A stretch of DNA of 64,000 bases. Origin: an uncultured Gammaproteobacteria bacterium (GTDB lineage: Bacteria; Patescibacteriota; Microgenomatia; UBA8517; JACQJR01). The stretch spans positions 5,152 through 69,151 of the forward strand of contig CAYTZB010000005.1 in the NCBI GenBank assembly GCA_964442455.1, given 5' to 3'. The notes under the pieces were generated by a model that was not told the origin of the DNA, ran no database searches, and saw nothing but the letters and a program-made list of their open reading frames with translations. Positions 37,801 through 46,995 of the stretch are shown one piece after another (the stretch's first letter is position 1; each line of letters starts with the position of its first letter). The position numbers and the translations under genes are program-made.

Positions 37801-40800
37801 CTCCTTCATCCAAAGTTACTGTTCCTCCCAACTGAGTGGGACATCCTTCCCCTGCTATAGAAACGAATTCGTAACCGGTTAAACCAGCTTCGTTGATTGC
37901 AACTGAAGTGTTGGCGTCAACTTCTATTGTTTGACCAGAGGTTACAGGAACGCCTCCTATTGTAAGTCCAAAATTGTTTACGCCGGCATTTCCACCATTA
38001 TCGTTGATTACGTTCTTGATAAGAGTAACTGTTGGACCAACATCATTGTTTGTGATAGTACAAGTTTTGGTCTGCCCAAAAGCAATCGTGCCTGAACAAT
38101 CCTGGGATAAGCTCTTGGTATAGCCTGAAACTGAATCCTCATCAACGCTGTAAGACCCGGCGTCCAGCGTGACTGTAGTTCCATTTTCATCACCTTGGAA
38201 CGAAGAGTCGCTTACATTGGTTCCGGTAACATTTATATTAAAGTCACTCGCAACGTTATCTCCGCCGTTGTTATTAATTACGTGTTTAATAACAATTAAT
38301 TGTGCGGATACCTGTTTGTTTGTTACGTAAACATTGAAAGTTCCACCGCTTGAGACTGTTACAACCCCTCCATCGCTTATTGAAACTAGCTGATAACCAG
38401 TTGGTGCTGTAGCTTCCGTTATAGTGTATGTACCGGGTCCCAAATCAGGGTAAGTTGCATCTGTTCCTTCTGCAATAGCCTTTGGAGTGCCTCCGTTAAG
38501 CAACGAAGTAAACTCTGTTGAATTTGAAACATCTGTAGTCCCATCTGTGCCAAGAACGTTTTTATGAACAATAATTTGAGCGTTTTGGAAGTTTACGAAA
38601 GTGAAAACGTAGTTGCTGCCGCTTGTTGCTTGACCAAAACTGTGGGTTGTATCGCCAAGATTTGTCCAGCCTCCCGGGGTCTCTTCTGAAACTCCGTATG
38701 TGTGCCCCGGGCCCAAGTTTGTCCATGTATAACAACCATCTTCTTCGGTTGTTTGAGTATCGCTTACTTGACTATCAACCAAAAGTTTAACGGTCCAACC
38801 AGATTTATTTGTCTGGTCACCCGTAGTTCCTATATCTCCATCAGCGTCTATTACCTTACAAGCTTTAACGCTTACATTCTTAAAGTTTATAAAGTTTTGC
38901 TCTGTAACACTCCCACCTGGAGTAAGGGTGACGTTCTTGAAAACTGCAGTTAACGCCGTCCAACCAGCTTGTAGAACTTCTTTTACTTGATAATAGCCAG
39001 GAATAATACTCGAGAAACTATATGAACCGTCTGAAGCTGTATTTATGGTTTGAGATAAGACACAGCCGGTAAAGTCTGAAGCACAACTCCAAAGCTCAAT
39101 CGCCCAGCCAATTAATCCTGTCTGGTCGCCGCTAGTCAATAGACTTCCATCTGTGTCCTCAAATTTAAATCCTGAAATAGAGCCTACATTTTGATAATTG
39201 ACAAACGTGATGATTAGATTTTGATTACTGGCAAGAGTTTGAGTTGTCCCATTACTGGCGTTTGTATCATTATCCGGGTTTATATTATTTAGGGTATAAC
39301 CTGCCGTCACTATTTCTGAAAATGTGTACGTGCCGGGGGCAAGGGTATAAACGGCATTAAGACCCTCGTGGAAATCTTTATTATCTCCGCCACCTCTTTG
39401 AACTACGAAATTTGTGCTATCCAAGACATCATTCCCATTTGGATCGCGGACGTCTTTAACAATGGTTACAATAGCGTTCTTTTGCTTGTTTGTACAAGTA
39501 ACAGTTATAGTTCCGTTGCTGGAAACGGTAACTTGAGCTCCGTCTCCGGGAGTTTGGTTTGCGTCCGGAGTACAAGAAACATAAGTGTAATTTGAGTCTT
39601 CTACTTCTGTAATCGAGTAGCTACCCGGATTAACAGGATAGCTAGCAGTCAGGGTTTCTGAGAAGCTTTGATTATTTGCCCCATTTAGTTGTGCTGTAAA
39701 GGCATGATTATCAGAAACATCCGAGCCATCCGGAGCACGAACATCTTTAACAACGTTAATGGTTGCTTTCTTTTGCTTGTTGACAACATTAACGGTTTGC
39801 TGCTCGCCAGGCCCAACAACAACCTGTGTACCACCAGCACCCGTGTCTTCGTCTGGTGTGATGCTTACCAAATCATAATCCGGATCAGGACTTTCAGTTA
39901 TTGCGTATGTTCCTGGGACAACCGTGAATACGCCGTTGTCACCCTCCCCAATTTGGTCTGACTGACTGCCAACATTGACTGTGAATTGATGTGTATCTGA
40001 AACCTCTCCGCCATCTGGATTAAGAACATCTTTAATTACTGTTATGGTCGCATTTTGCTGGCGGTTGACAACGAATACATCTGTAGTTTGTCCCGGAGTA
40101 ACCGTCACTTGGGCACCGCTTGTCCCCCCATCATTATCCGGAGTAATACTGAATAAGGCATAACCTGTTGGCGGGGTATCCTCTGTAATTGTGTGTGTAC
40201 CTGCGGTAATGTCAGTGTAAGTAAAAGTTTCCCCGTCGGTGAGGAATTGAGGATTGGCACTGTCTAGTCTGACCGTAAAGTTTTGAGAAGTATCGGTTAT
40301 CGCTTCACCATTTGGACCCTGAACATCTTTATGAACAATAATTGTTCCAGTGTTTAGGGCGTTATGAAAGGTACAAGTGGCGTTAGTTGGCGGTTTACCT
40401 GCGGCTACTGTGGCAGTAGCTGTCGAACCATTAAAGGTGCAACTTGTGCCAGTACCACTTGCAAACGTATAGCCTGCGGGGCCACTTTCGGTAACGGTGT
40501 AATTCCCATCAGGAGAAACATTGTTAATGGTCACAGAGTTTTGACCTGGAGGTATGGGGTAGACTGATTGCCCATTAATTGCCGGTGTAATGGTAAACGA
40601 CCACTGATCAGAAGTTGCGCTACCACTATCCACAATCTTGCTCAATGTAATCGAAGGTAACTGCAGTAATTGGTTGACTGGGATCGGAATATTTTCTTGA
40701 CCACCCTGGGCTGTTCTTATACTCATCGAAGAACCATTAAACTGACTTGCATCCAAACCCAGTCTGCCGCAGAAAAGCATGTAAACAGTATTATGGGAGG

Positions 40801-41974
40801 GAACATTCGACAAGATTACATTGTAATGACGCAAAGAATCGGAACTGCTAATTGGAGTTGTACCATCATTATTACCACCGAATGGACCCGAGACTGTTGC
40901 TGGCACCGTTCCACCACTACTTTTTACGAAGCTCGTGGATGATGTAAAGTCGCTACCAGGGTAGGAAAAATCATTTAAGTTATCAGCCGAGGATCGGGGA
41001 TTACCGCTTAACCCAGTCGTGATTTGTTCTAGATGGTCGATACCGATAACACTATTTTGGAAATCATACACAGGACTGACGATAATATCCCCATCAGTAT
41101 TGTCATTGTTTTTGACTTCAATCTCAGTCGGTATACATGCCCCTTCTGGATAGGCACCAACATTACCGTTTTTAAGTTCCCCTGTTCCGGTTGGCTGGCC
41201 ACTAACAAGACTATAGACGCCAGATAAGACAAAACCGAACATACTGATTGCCACTTTGTTGTCTGGAATAGTAGAATCCGTAAACGTGGTTGTTGCCAAA
41301 ACTGACGCACCCAGCAGTACTTCAACCAGATAGCTTCCCTGTTGTCCTTCGCCGCGGAGAGGGTATAGATAAATAAAGGAACCATTTTGGTCGGTTGTTA
41401 CCGTATCGGATGAACCTATATTACCTTCCGCATCTCGAACCTGCCCATCTGGCCAGGTTACACGAACAGTTAAGTTAGAATTTGTTGGGAAATTGGAACC
41501 GGTTATTGTAACTGTATCCGAAGGAGAATAATCCGCTTTGTCGGTTGAAAGAGAATAGTTAAGTTGTGCGCTTGGCTCGCTTTCTTGTTGTCCTAGATCA
41601 AGTTGAGGGGGCCCGGTAGTGGTTTGCGGACTTACATCGTTTGCTTGGACTAAGACCTCCCCTGAAAGAACGGGTGGTTCGGAATTGTCTGGTGTGGGAG
41701 TTGGTAACAAAACCTCAGGTGTTGCGGTAACTTGCGGTGTAGGCGTTAAGGAAGGATCTGGCGAAACCGTAGGGTCTGTCGTTTCACTCGTTATTGACGG
41801 TGAATCTGTTGGGGCTTCTGTCGGAGCAATTGTTGCTTCGGGGGTTGGTGTTGCACTTTCCGCAAAAACTACTCCCGGCGCCAAAAGAACCGGCGCCCAA
41901 GAATTAAGCAGTAGGGAGACCGTTGCTACTATAGACAAAAACTTAGATAGTCTTCGGCCAAGTTCTTTTCTCAC
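34817..41974 (-). CDS. Giant (2385 aa) secreted multi-domain surface protein. It has an N-terminal signal/TM, a Ser/Thr/Pro-rich stalk, tandem Cna-B/SpaA-type and DUF11-like beta-sandwich repeats (about 95 aa each), an internal LPAAG sorting-signal-like module, an FN3-like domain and a C-terminal TM anchor.
   Basis: Cna-B-like 'SDGSYSFSSIIPGYYQVKEVLQAGW' is present. There are four near-identical repeats 'VINDNGGNAG..DFG..VGG..VLSG.TT.V.AN....INE.GL.GY.F.SI.GD.KCP..LGGTV.LDEGE..TCTITN'. The FN3-like segment is 'YRLFWKNPGDSDFSRVFIYRSDKP...GKTYFYALRAVDHAGNGS'. The C-terminus is 'LLALGVILIVVIGALVFWPRRPRE'. Confidence 0.8.
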   Translation of the reverse strand: MRKELGRRLSKFLSIVATVSLLLNSWAPVLLAPGVVFAESATPTPEATIAPTEAPTDSPSITSETTDPTVSPDPSLTPTPQVTATPEVLLPTPTPDNSEPPVLSGEVLVQANDVSPQTTTGPPQLDLGQQESEPSAQLNYSLSTDKADYSPSDTVTITGSNFPTNSNLTVRVTWPDGQVRDAEGNIGSSDTVTTDQNGSFIYLYPLRGEGQQGSYLVEVLLGASVLATTTFTDSTIPDNKVAISMFGFVLSGVYSLVSGQPTGTGELKNGNVGAYPEGACIPTEIEVKNNDNTDGDIIVSPVYDFQNSVIGIDHLEQITTGLSGNPRSSADNLNDFSYPGSDFTSSTSFVKSSGGTVPATVSGPFGGNNDGTTPISSSDSLRHYNVILSNVPSHNTVYMLFCGRLGLDASQFNGSSMSIRTAQGGQENIPIPVNQLLQLPSITLSKIVDSGSATSDQWSFTITPAINGQSVYPIPPGQNSVTINNVSPDGNYTVTESGPAGYTFASGTGTSCTFNGSTATATVAAGKPPTNATCTFHNALNTGTIIVHKDVQGPNGEAITDTSQNFTVRLDSANPQFLTDGETFTYTDITAGTHTITEDTPPTGYALFSITPDNDGGTSGAQVTVTPGQTTDVFVVNRQQNATITVIKDVLNPDGGEVSDTHQFTVNVGSQSDQIGEGDNGVFTVVPGTYAITESPDPDYDLVSITPDEDTGAGGTQVVVGPGEQQTVNVVNKQKKATINVVKDVRAPDGSDVSDNHAFTAQLNGANNQSFSETLTASYPVNPGSYSITEVEDSNYTYVSCTPDANQTPGDGAQVTVSSNGTITVTCTNKQKNAIVTIVKDVRDPNGNDVLDSTNFVVQRGGGDNKDFHEGLNAVYTLAPGTYTFSEIVTAGYTLNNINPDNDTNASNGTTQTLASNQNLIITFVNYQNVGSISGFKFEDTDGSLLTSGDQTGLIGWAIELWSCASDFTGCVLSQTINTASDGSYSFSSIIPGYYQVKEVLQAGWTALTAVFKNVTLTPGGSVTEQNFINFKNVSVKACKVIDADGDIGTTGDQTNKSGWTVKLLVDSQVSDTQTTEEDGCYTWTNLGPGHTYGVSEETPGGWTNLGDTTHSFGQATSGSNYVFTFVNFQNAQIIVHKNVLGTDGTTDVSNSTEFTSLLNGGTPKAIAEGTDATYPDLGPGTYTITEATAPTGYQLVSISDGGVVTVSSGGTFNVYVTNKQVSAQLIVIKHVINNNGGDNVASDFNINVTGTNVSDSSFQGDENGTTVTLDAGSYSVDEDSVSGYTKSLSQDCSGTIAFGQTKTCTITNNDVGPTVTLIKNVINDNGGNAGVNNFGLTIGGVPVTSGQTIEVDANTSVAINEAGLTGYEFVSIAGEGCPTQLGGTVTLDEGESVTCTITNDDIAPSITLIKEVINDNGGNAGSDDFGISVGGSAVLSGATTTVSANTPIVINEVGLTGYSFVSISGDAKCPEILGGTVTLDEGESITCTITNNDVGPTITLTKVVVNNNGGNAQPNDFDPTIDGNVVLSGSTTQVSANQPHTINETVLDGYNFVSITGDAKCPNTLGGTVTLDEGENISCTITNDDIIPTITLIKEVIGGNADPDDFGLLVDDIGVLSGFATEVDANTPIAIDEDGLEGYSFTSITGDEKCPEVLGGTVILDEGEDVTCTITNTRDIGEIVVNKQVDTNGDGSFEGDNDVANELGFRWGIDEETPEREMGESAGPLDTGTYDVSENNVLGYHFVGWFEGEGTCEDPENAELPASITVEEDQSAEITLCNARDTGDLTVLKNVDANGDGDLNDEEDIIGATNWTWDIAGVEQNIATGQTRTLPTESYTISEDLQEEFGLVSWSCSDETSGTTNEIVVNLTTDGVTCTFTNQKLLPGISLTKTNDHTSSASGSDVVTYTLVITNTGGGTLHDVRLVDVLPSGFTFIPLTGTPADPDSVSGNILTWNNLGDIAGTASLTVTYKAVIASDIHAGTHTNLAFAQGTGSDTFQSNIVRSSVPIGKGVFISYDIHQPQVLAAVTELPAAGANTVWLVYVGFLLGAGFGLRRLGLALAPRRKGRAKKSGLWKKFLGSVVVLLLFIFVAQVSPAKAAVTVDILDLPSYTNTDTFYISYTALDIEGDSVTANFFVKKDGGTFRSLVNSSTTGATNKVLVTGADFYDGQGKYIFRVEVTGGADTSADETNTNFDHSGPSGVQEYRKERPSDSSYRLFWKNPGDSDFSRVFIYRSDKPEFTADGGTKVGEVGGAPDQQMSWDNFGLESGKTYFYALRAVDHAGNGSGIVADQEAQVTAGAVLASAATTTGAVAGGVGEVKILPKEEPSEGEILGGEATPTPSAAPTPVGEEQGGLLERLSGNRLLALGVILIVVIGALVFWPRRPRE
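35750..35900 (-). other. Internal sortase-signal-like module within the giant ORF: LPAAG, then a hydrophobic segment, then a basic patch RRLGLALAPRRKGRAKK. It is immediately followed by a signal-peptide-like segment KKFLGSVVVLLLFIFVAQVSPAKA-AV.
   Basis: Translated directly from the sequence. No stop codon or frame change occurs between the two parts. A sortase gene lies directly upstream at 42031-42681. Confidence 0.55.
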
Positions 41975-42030
41975 TTATAGATGGATACTATAAGCTTATC
42001 TTAATCAAATGTCAAGTTTTTTAATCCGAT

Positions 42031-42681
42031 TTAATCAATTGCTACTTTTTTTGAAATAACAATTAACCTCTTAAGTGTCGTTCCCGGAGGATAACAAGTT
42101 TGTAGAGTGAGCATTTCCTCTTTATTTTTGGTATTGCGAAGATATTTAATGTCCGCCGAAGGAACAACTTTTTTCTCAACAACCTCATATTTGAATCTTT
42201 CTCCTTTATAAAAAATATCAATCTCGTCTCCCTTCTCAAGTTTTCCGATAAGATAAAACACGGCGTTGTAGCGACCAACATTTAGGAAACTATCGGTTGA
42301 GTGAGCAAAAAGATAAACGTTTCCCTCCTCACCCGGCAAGGCAGTACCCTTTGCATGAGCTACGCCGCTCTTTAACACGGAAAGATATTCTGACTTGTTA
42401 AAGGGATTAACATTGGCAAAAACCGGTGCGTTGGCGGCAAGTTTGGGAATTACTATTCCAAAATCTGTGCTCGCGGGGGTAATTTGGCGGTCGGAGGAAA
42501 AGGGTTCAACTGAGTATTTTATCTGAAATAGTTCATTAATCTTATACCCAATTTCTTCTTTTATTGCCGGCCCAAAGGTAAAAATAAGCATTAAAACTGC
42601 ACCGACTATAAAGAGATTACCCAAAAACATAAGAGCTCGAGCCAGGAAAATAATTTTTCTGTTTTCAGCTTTAGTAGCCAT
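42031..42681 (-). CDS. Sortase (transpeptidase) with an N-terminal TM anchor
   Basis: His is in 'GNVYLFAHS', the catalytic Cys in 'LTLQTCYP' (TLxTC motif), and Arg in 'RLIVIS'. The ORF-track start (42933) overlaps galE by 263 nt. The internal ATG at 42681 (MATKAEN..., TM 'IIFLARALMFLGNLFIVGAVLMLIF') is preferred. Confidence 0.7.
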   Translation of the reverse strand: MATKAENRKIIFLARALMFLGNLFIVGAVLMLIFTFGPAIKEEIGYKINELFQIKYSVEPFSSDRQITPASTDFGIVIPKLAANAPVFANVNPFNKSEYLSVLKSGVAHAKGTALPGEEGNVYLFAHSTDSFLNVGRYNAVFYLIGKLEKGDEIDIFYKGERFKYEVVEKKVVPSADIKYLRNTKNKEEMLTLQTCYPPGTTLKRLIVISKKVAID

Positions 42682-43651
42682 TAGGATTTTGTTTATGCCA
42701 AAGATGGGCAGTTTTGACAATGGTTTCAAGATCAGAGTGTTTTGGTTTCCAACCAAGCTCTTTTTGAAGTTTTGAAGAGTCGGCAACAAGTTCTGCCGGA
42801 TCCCCTTCTCGGCGTGGGCCCACTTTAACGGGAAACTCACCCGCAACTTTTTTGACCATCTCAATAACTTCACGATTTGAATATCCTTGGCCGGTACCGG
42901 CATTATACGCCGCACACATTTGACCACTTTCAAGAGCCTTAAGTGCCAGGATATGTGCTTCTACTAAATCCAAAACATGAATATAGTCGCGGATGCACGT
43001 TCCGTCTTTTGTTTCGTAGTCGTCCCCAAAAAGAGTAAACTCGCTTTTCGACAACGCTGCGCGTATCGCAAGGGGGATGATATGGCTTTCGTTTTTATGA
43101 GCTTCACCCAGTGAACCATCTAACGCCGCACCTGCTGCATTAAAGTAACGAATACTAATTGAGTTTATCTTGTGGATTTGGTGGTACCAATGGAGTAACC
43201 GCTCAATCATCACTTTCGTCTCTCCATATGCGTTTGTAGGGGATTGCGGGTGCTCTTCTGGAATTGGGATTTTGGTTGGATTACCATATACTGCAGCACT
43301 TGAGGAAAACACAAACTTGCGTATACCTGACAGCGCGCATGTTTCAATTAAATGAAAACTACCCTCGACATTATTCTTAAAGTACTTTCCGGGATTCTGC
43401 ATTGATTCACCGGCTTGAATGAACGCGGCAAAGTGCATAACCGCCTCTATTTCATTTATTTGAATTGTCTTTTCAATTAATTGTCCTCCAGTTACTAAAT
43501 CTCCTTCTACTACCTTTACTTCTTTTGGGATTGCCTCTTTGTGGCCTTCTGAAAAATTATCAAACACCACAACAGAATGCCCTGCATCTTTCAAGGCACG
43601 AACCGTAAAACTCCCAATATATCCTGCTCCGCCGGTAACTAGAATGTTCAT
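42671..43651 (-). CDS. galE: UDP-glucose 4-epimerase GalE
   Basis: 326 aa. 'MNILVTGGAGYIGS', the YxxxK motif and the remaining sequence have the GalE profile. Confidence 0.85.
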   Translation of the reverse strand: MNILVTGGAGYIGSFTVRALKDAGHSVVVFDNFSEGHKEAIPKEVKVVEGDLVTGGQLIEKTIQINEIEAVMHFAAFIQAGESMQNPGKYFKNNVEGSFHLIETCALSGIRKFVFSSSAAVYGNPTKIPIPEEHPQSPTNAYGETKVMIERLLHWYHQIHKINSISIRYFNAAGAALDGSLGEAHKNESHIIPLAIRAALSKSEFTLFGDDYETKDGTCIRDYIHVLDLVEAHILALKALESGQMCAAYNAGTGQGYSNREVIEMVKKVAGEFPVKVGPRREGDPAELVADSSKLQKELGWKPKHSDLETIVKTAHLWHKQNPNGY

Positions 43652-43974
43652 ATATACACTGGTTCTACTGGCTTCTTCTCAACTTTTCTCCCATTAACAG
43701 GAATACCGAGCGTCCAACCCAGGGCATTGGCAACTGCTACCCCCACTCGCAGTCCGGTAAACGAGCCCGGGCCAGGATTTATCCTAATCGCACCAATATC
43801 GGCAACACTCAATTTCTGTTTTTTGAGTGCTTTTTCAATAAGGGGAAGGAGCGCCTGTGACTTCAAAAATTCGTTCTTCTGCTCAAAACTCACTTTTTTG
43901 CCATCAATCTCAAGCACCAAGCGCGTCCTCTCGCTTTCCGAGGTATCAATATATAATAATAGTGCTTTTCGCAT
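43648..43974 (-). CDS. tsaB: Short TsaB/YeaZ-like protein (tRNA t6A biosynthesis; N-terminal ASKHA half only)
   Basis: 108 aa. 'LLLYIDTSESERTRLVL...ALLPLIEKALKK..LSVADIGAIRINPGPGSFTGLRVGVAVANAL' matches the TsaB N-terminal domain. Confidence 0.55.
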   Translation of the reverse strand: MRKALLLYIDTSESERTRLVLEIDGKKVSFEQKNEFLKSQALLPLIEKALKKQKLSVADIGAIRINPGPGSFTGLRVGVAVANALGWTLGIPVNGRKVEKKPVEPVYI

Positions 43975-44049
43975 AGATGACTAGTTAACTGGTCAACTCC
44001 GTTAATTGTATCTTATTCGAGGCTAGGGGTAAAGATTAGGAATTGAAAA

Positions 44050-45075
44050 TTAGATACCTTGGTTATTGATGAAGTCGCAAACACCCATCATCAAAAGTAA
44101 TTGATTTCTTGTTGGATTTGTCAAAGTTACCCCAGTAGCTTTTCCTTCTATAGCAGTAATTACATCCCCTAAACTGACTGTTGGCCCGCTCAAACCCAAA
44201 TAACTGGCTGCCCCTGAGGGTAAACTAGATACATTATATATGTGAGCCAGTGATTTTCTTCCAGAAGCCACATTTAGACGCAGAGCTAGATATTGAGCTT
44301 TAAACTTTAGTGCACTACACGAACGTTGACTACCTTTACAACCGGTGGAGTTTTTAATTAGATTAACCAAACCTGTTGTATTAATACCGTAAGTAGTAGT
44401 TATGCCCAATTGAGGAAACCAATCATTGATTAACCAACCTGAATCGGTATTGATAGTTGATATCCACCCATTAATATCTCCTTGAGAATAAGTATTATGT
44501 CTATTCCAATTTCTCCAAAAACCAATTGTTCCTTCAAATTCCACTACAGAGCCAAAAGTTAAGTCAAAAATTACTGATTTGGCTTGAAACTCATTGCCAG
44601 CTCCTGGTGGAAAAGTTACCTTGAAATTATAAACTTTGTGTTCACTGGGGCCAATTAGACTAAGTGTCACTCCATCTATACTTATCGAATCATTGAAAAA
44701 ATCAGCCAAAGTCTTTGCCCCTGTTGGACTACCACTGCCATAAACAGGTGTTGACCCATCCTTAATAACAATATCCAAAACCGTTTCTAGTTTTGGATCA
44801 TCCCCCACACCTCCAGTTCTAATACCTTTGACTGCCACCAAAATAGCATCACTGCCACTGTTGGTTACATCAATGTCTCTGTCCTCCATATCCCCTGGAG
44901 TCATGTTCGTTACCACAAAAATCGGATCGCCTATAGGAACATGGAAATCAACAATTAAACTCCCAAATGCTTTCACTGTTGAGCTCTTAAGCGGGAATTT
45001 ATAAGCCGTCGCAAATACTACCAAAAATGCAGCGAGCGAAACTACTGTCAATATTCTCATTACATATTTTTTCAT
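44050..45075 (-). CDS. Secreted/cell-surface protein, hypothetical (N-terminal signal anchor; possibly SipW-processed)
   Basis: 341 aa. N-terminus is 'MKKYVMRILTVVSLAAFLVVFATAYKF'. Gly/Thr-rich. Sits directly downstream of the SipW-like peptidase. Confidence 0.35.
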   Translation of the reverse strand: MKKYVMRILTVVSLAAFLVVFATAYKFPLKSSTVKAFGSLIVDFHVPIGDPIFVVTNMTPGDMEDRDIDVTNSGSDAILVAVKGIRTGGVGDDPKLETVLDIVIKDGSTPVYGSGSPTGAKTLADFFNDSISIDGVTLSLIGPSEHKVYNFKVTFPPGAGNEFQAKSVIFDLTFGSVVEFEGTIGFWRNWNRHNTYSQGDINGWISTINTDSGWLINDWFPQLGITTTYGINTTGLVNLIKNSTGCKGSQRSCSALKFKAQYLALRLNVASGRKSLAHIYNVSSLPSGAASYLGLSGPTVSLGDVITAIEGKATGVTLTNPTRNQLLLMMGVCDFINNQGI

Positions 45076-45076
45076 A

Positions 45077-46267
45077 TTAAATTCCTGGTGTCGGTGGATC
45101 TCGATTTACAAAATCAGCGTTCGTATTAGTGTCAATTCCATCTGGATCCCTTTCATGGGAAATTCCCGCTGACGTAGCCGCTGGAATCGATGGGTTTAGG
45201 CCATTAGTATTGGAGCCCCAGCTAATATGATCAACAATTAGCCCTGATGAAGGACAAACTCCACTTCTTAACGCTAGCTCATCATTATTGGCTAAGCCAT
45301 TACCAATTGATGATGGGGCAACAATGAAAACAACGCTGCCATCAGTTGGAACTGCCGTCCAAACCGCCCTAAACTCAGCTTCTGTGTGAGTAGAAACAAT
45401 CGCAAATCCATTTGAAGGTATAGAGGCATTGGGCATGTTGTCACAACTGGTGTTATCGGAAATAGACCAGTTGGCTAGACTCACAGCGGTACTTGTTGGG
45501 TTGTAAAGCTCGGCCCATTCTGAATCAGCTTCGCTACCAATTCGATGGGCTTGAGCAATTCGATAGTAGACTTCATTTATGACAATGTCATTAATACTCG
45601 GAAATTGTCCGGCAGTAAAAATATTATTCGTACTTGATCCGGAATTTGAGAAAAAGGCATGGGAGTTTTGGATAAATGAACCACTTATAATAAGGGGAAT
45701 AAGAATAACAAGACTATTTAAACTCACAGAAGGTGAAAATGAGCCTTGAGATTTCCCGCGTTGCCTTCTAATTTCTTTAAAGATATTTACAACTTCCAAA
45801 ACAATTACAAGTAATGCCGGGAAAATAACAAGAAGTGGAAAACCAATATTCGACTTAGTAAAAGCAAAAAGCCTTCCTATATACGGCAAGAGAAATATTG
45901 CTTTTCCGACAACCTTCTCTTCCGCTACTACTCCATTATCCGGCGCATTATTCGCATCTCCTTTTGTTTGATAAAACAATTTCCCCTCTTTTGTTTCAAC
46001 AGCAACAATTCTGTGTGTTGTAAGAATTTTGGGATCCTTCTCGCCTTTAAAGGCAACAATATCACCTTCTTTGTATAGTAGTAACCCTTCACCTTTGGAA
46101 TTGACGACCACAAGATCACCGACTTTAATCGTCGGTTCCATACTTCCTGAGCGAACAATCAATGCTTTATTATCAAACCAAGGAATGGCCACGAACGCCA
46201 ATCCTACTGCTACTATTACAAGCAGCACTGATACAACATAACTAATACTTTTTAAGAGCGTATTCAC
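45077..46267 (-). CDS. Archaeal/ER-type signal peptidase I (SipW-like) fused to a C-terminal lamin-tail domain (LTD)
   Basis: An N-terminal TM then 'IVRSGSMEPTIKVGDLVVV' carry the SPase I catalytic Ser box and 'GD'. The C-terminal 'INEVYYRIAQAHRIGSEADSEWAELYNPTSTAVSLANWSISDN' is an LTD signature (NEV.Y...EW.ELYN...L.GW.L.D). Confidence 0.65.
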   Translation of the reverse strand: MNTLLKSISYVVSVLLVIVAVGLAFVAIPWFDNKALIVRSGSMEPTIKVGDLVVVNSKGEGLLLYKEGDIVAFKGEKDPKILTTHRIVAVETKEGKLFYQTKGDANNAPDNGVVAEEKVVGKAIFLLPYIGRLFAFTKSNIGFPLLVIFPALLVIVLEVVNIFKEIRRQRGKSQGSFSPSVSLNSLVILIPLIISGSFIQNSHAFFSNSGSSTNNIFTAGQFPSINDIVINEVYYRIAQAHRIGSEADSEWAELYNPTSTAVSLANWSISDNTSCDNMPNASIPSNGFAIVSTHTEAEFRAVWTAVPTDGSVVFIVAPSSIGNGLANNDELALRSGVCPSSGLIVDHISWGSNTNGLNPSIPAATSAGISHERDPDGIDTNTNADFVNRDPPTPGI

Positions 46268-46364
46268 ATAACCCTTTCTTTCGACAATCGAACCTCCAAT
46301 CTATAACTTCAATCTAACCGCGCATCCCGAAGCCCTCCGGACCCTCCGGAGGGCTGTACGTGAA

Positions 46365-46967
46365 CTACTGTGACAGATTTTGATGACCTACAAACGTAAA
46401 CGTTTCTGTAATTGACTTTCCTTGGTAGGTATCATCTGCATCCTCATCAAACTCGAAGGTCAGACATAGGTATCTAGTTTCACCCGACACTATTGCCGAA
46501 AAAGGCAAATCAAGATCCGTTGTGTTCAGAGCAGCTAAAGTTGTAAAGCTACCAGTAATATCATCTGGATCATCGGCGCAGGTTGAAACGGAATCAATTT
46601 TAGCGGACGTGATATTCAATTGAGTAGCTAGATCTGGAGAACTTGAAACGGTCTCTGTTGCTCCTAAGTTAACTTCTGCAATATCGATCGAACCATCGTT
46701 GTGCATAGATACAAACCCAGAAGTAGTATCACCAGGTGCCATATCAGCATCTCCGAACGAGGCATCAATTGTGGCAGCAGGCGTTATGTCGTCGTCATCG
46801 TCTAGCAGAAGAACAAGATCACCACTAGCAAATACGTTGTCAGTACTTGTTGCTGTGCTTGAGAAAAACGCAAATGTTGAGCCGACAATTAATGCTCCTG
46901 CGGCGGCAATTGACGCAAGACTTAATGCAATTCGTGAATTAATTGCAAAAGGCATAATTTTTATCAC
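46365..46967 (-). CDS. TasA/camelysin-family-like secreted protein with a SipW-cognate-class signal peptide
   Basis: 'RIALSLASIAAAGALIVGSTFAFFSSTATSTDNVFASGDLVL' matches the SipW-dependent signal peptide pattern (...ALIGGGTFAFFSDTE.S.N.F.AG.L.L). The remainder is Asp/Thr-rich. Confidence 0.6.
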   Translation of the reverse strand: MIKIMPFAINSRIALSLASIAAAGALIVGSTFAFFSSTATSTDNVFASGDLVLLLDDDDDITPAATIDASFGDADMAPGDTTSGFVSMHNDGSIDIAEVNLGATETVSSSPDLATQLNITSAKIDSVSTCADDPDDITGSFTTLAALNTTDLDLPFSAIVSGETRYLCLTFEFDEDADDTYQGKSITETFTFVGHQNLSQ

Positions 46968-46995
46968 CTCCTTTCTGCCCTCAAAAGGGCTCTTA

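Noticed and set aside
35341-41385. Numerous 60-130-aa ORFs on the + strand inside the giant gene (e.g. 36090..36470, 41619..41993)
   Set aside because: They are antisense to a continuous 7.2-kb ORF with clear domain structure. They are low complexity with no RBS, so they are spurious.
42682-42933. Long N-terminal extension of the sortase ORF, overlapping galE by 263 nt
   Set aside because: The internal ATG at 42681 immediately follows the galE stop and is followed by a canonical N-terminal TM anchor. The extension is an out-of-frame read-through of galE.
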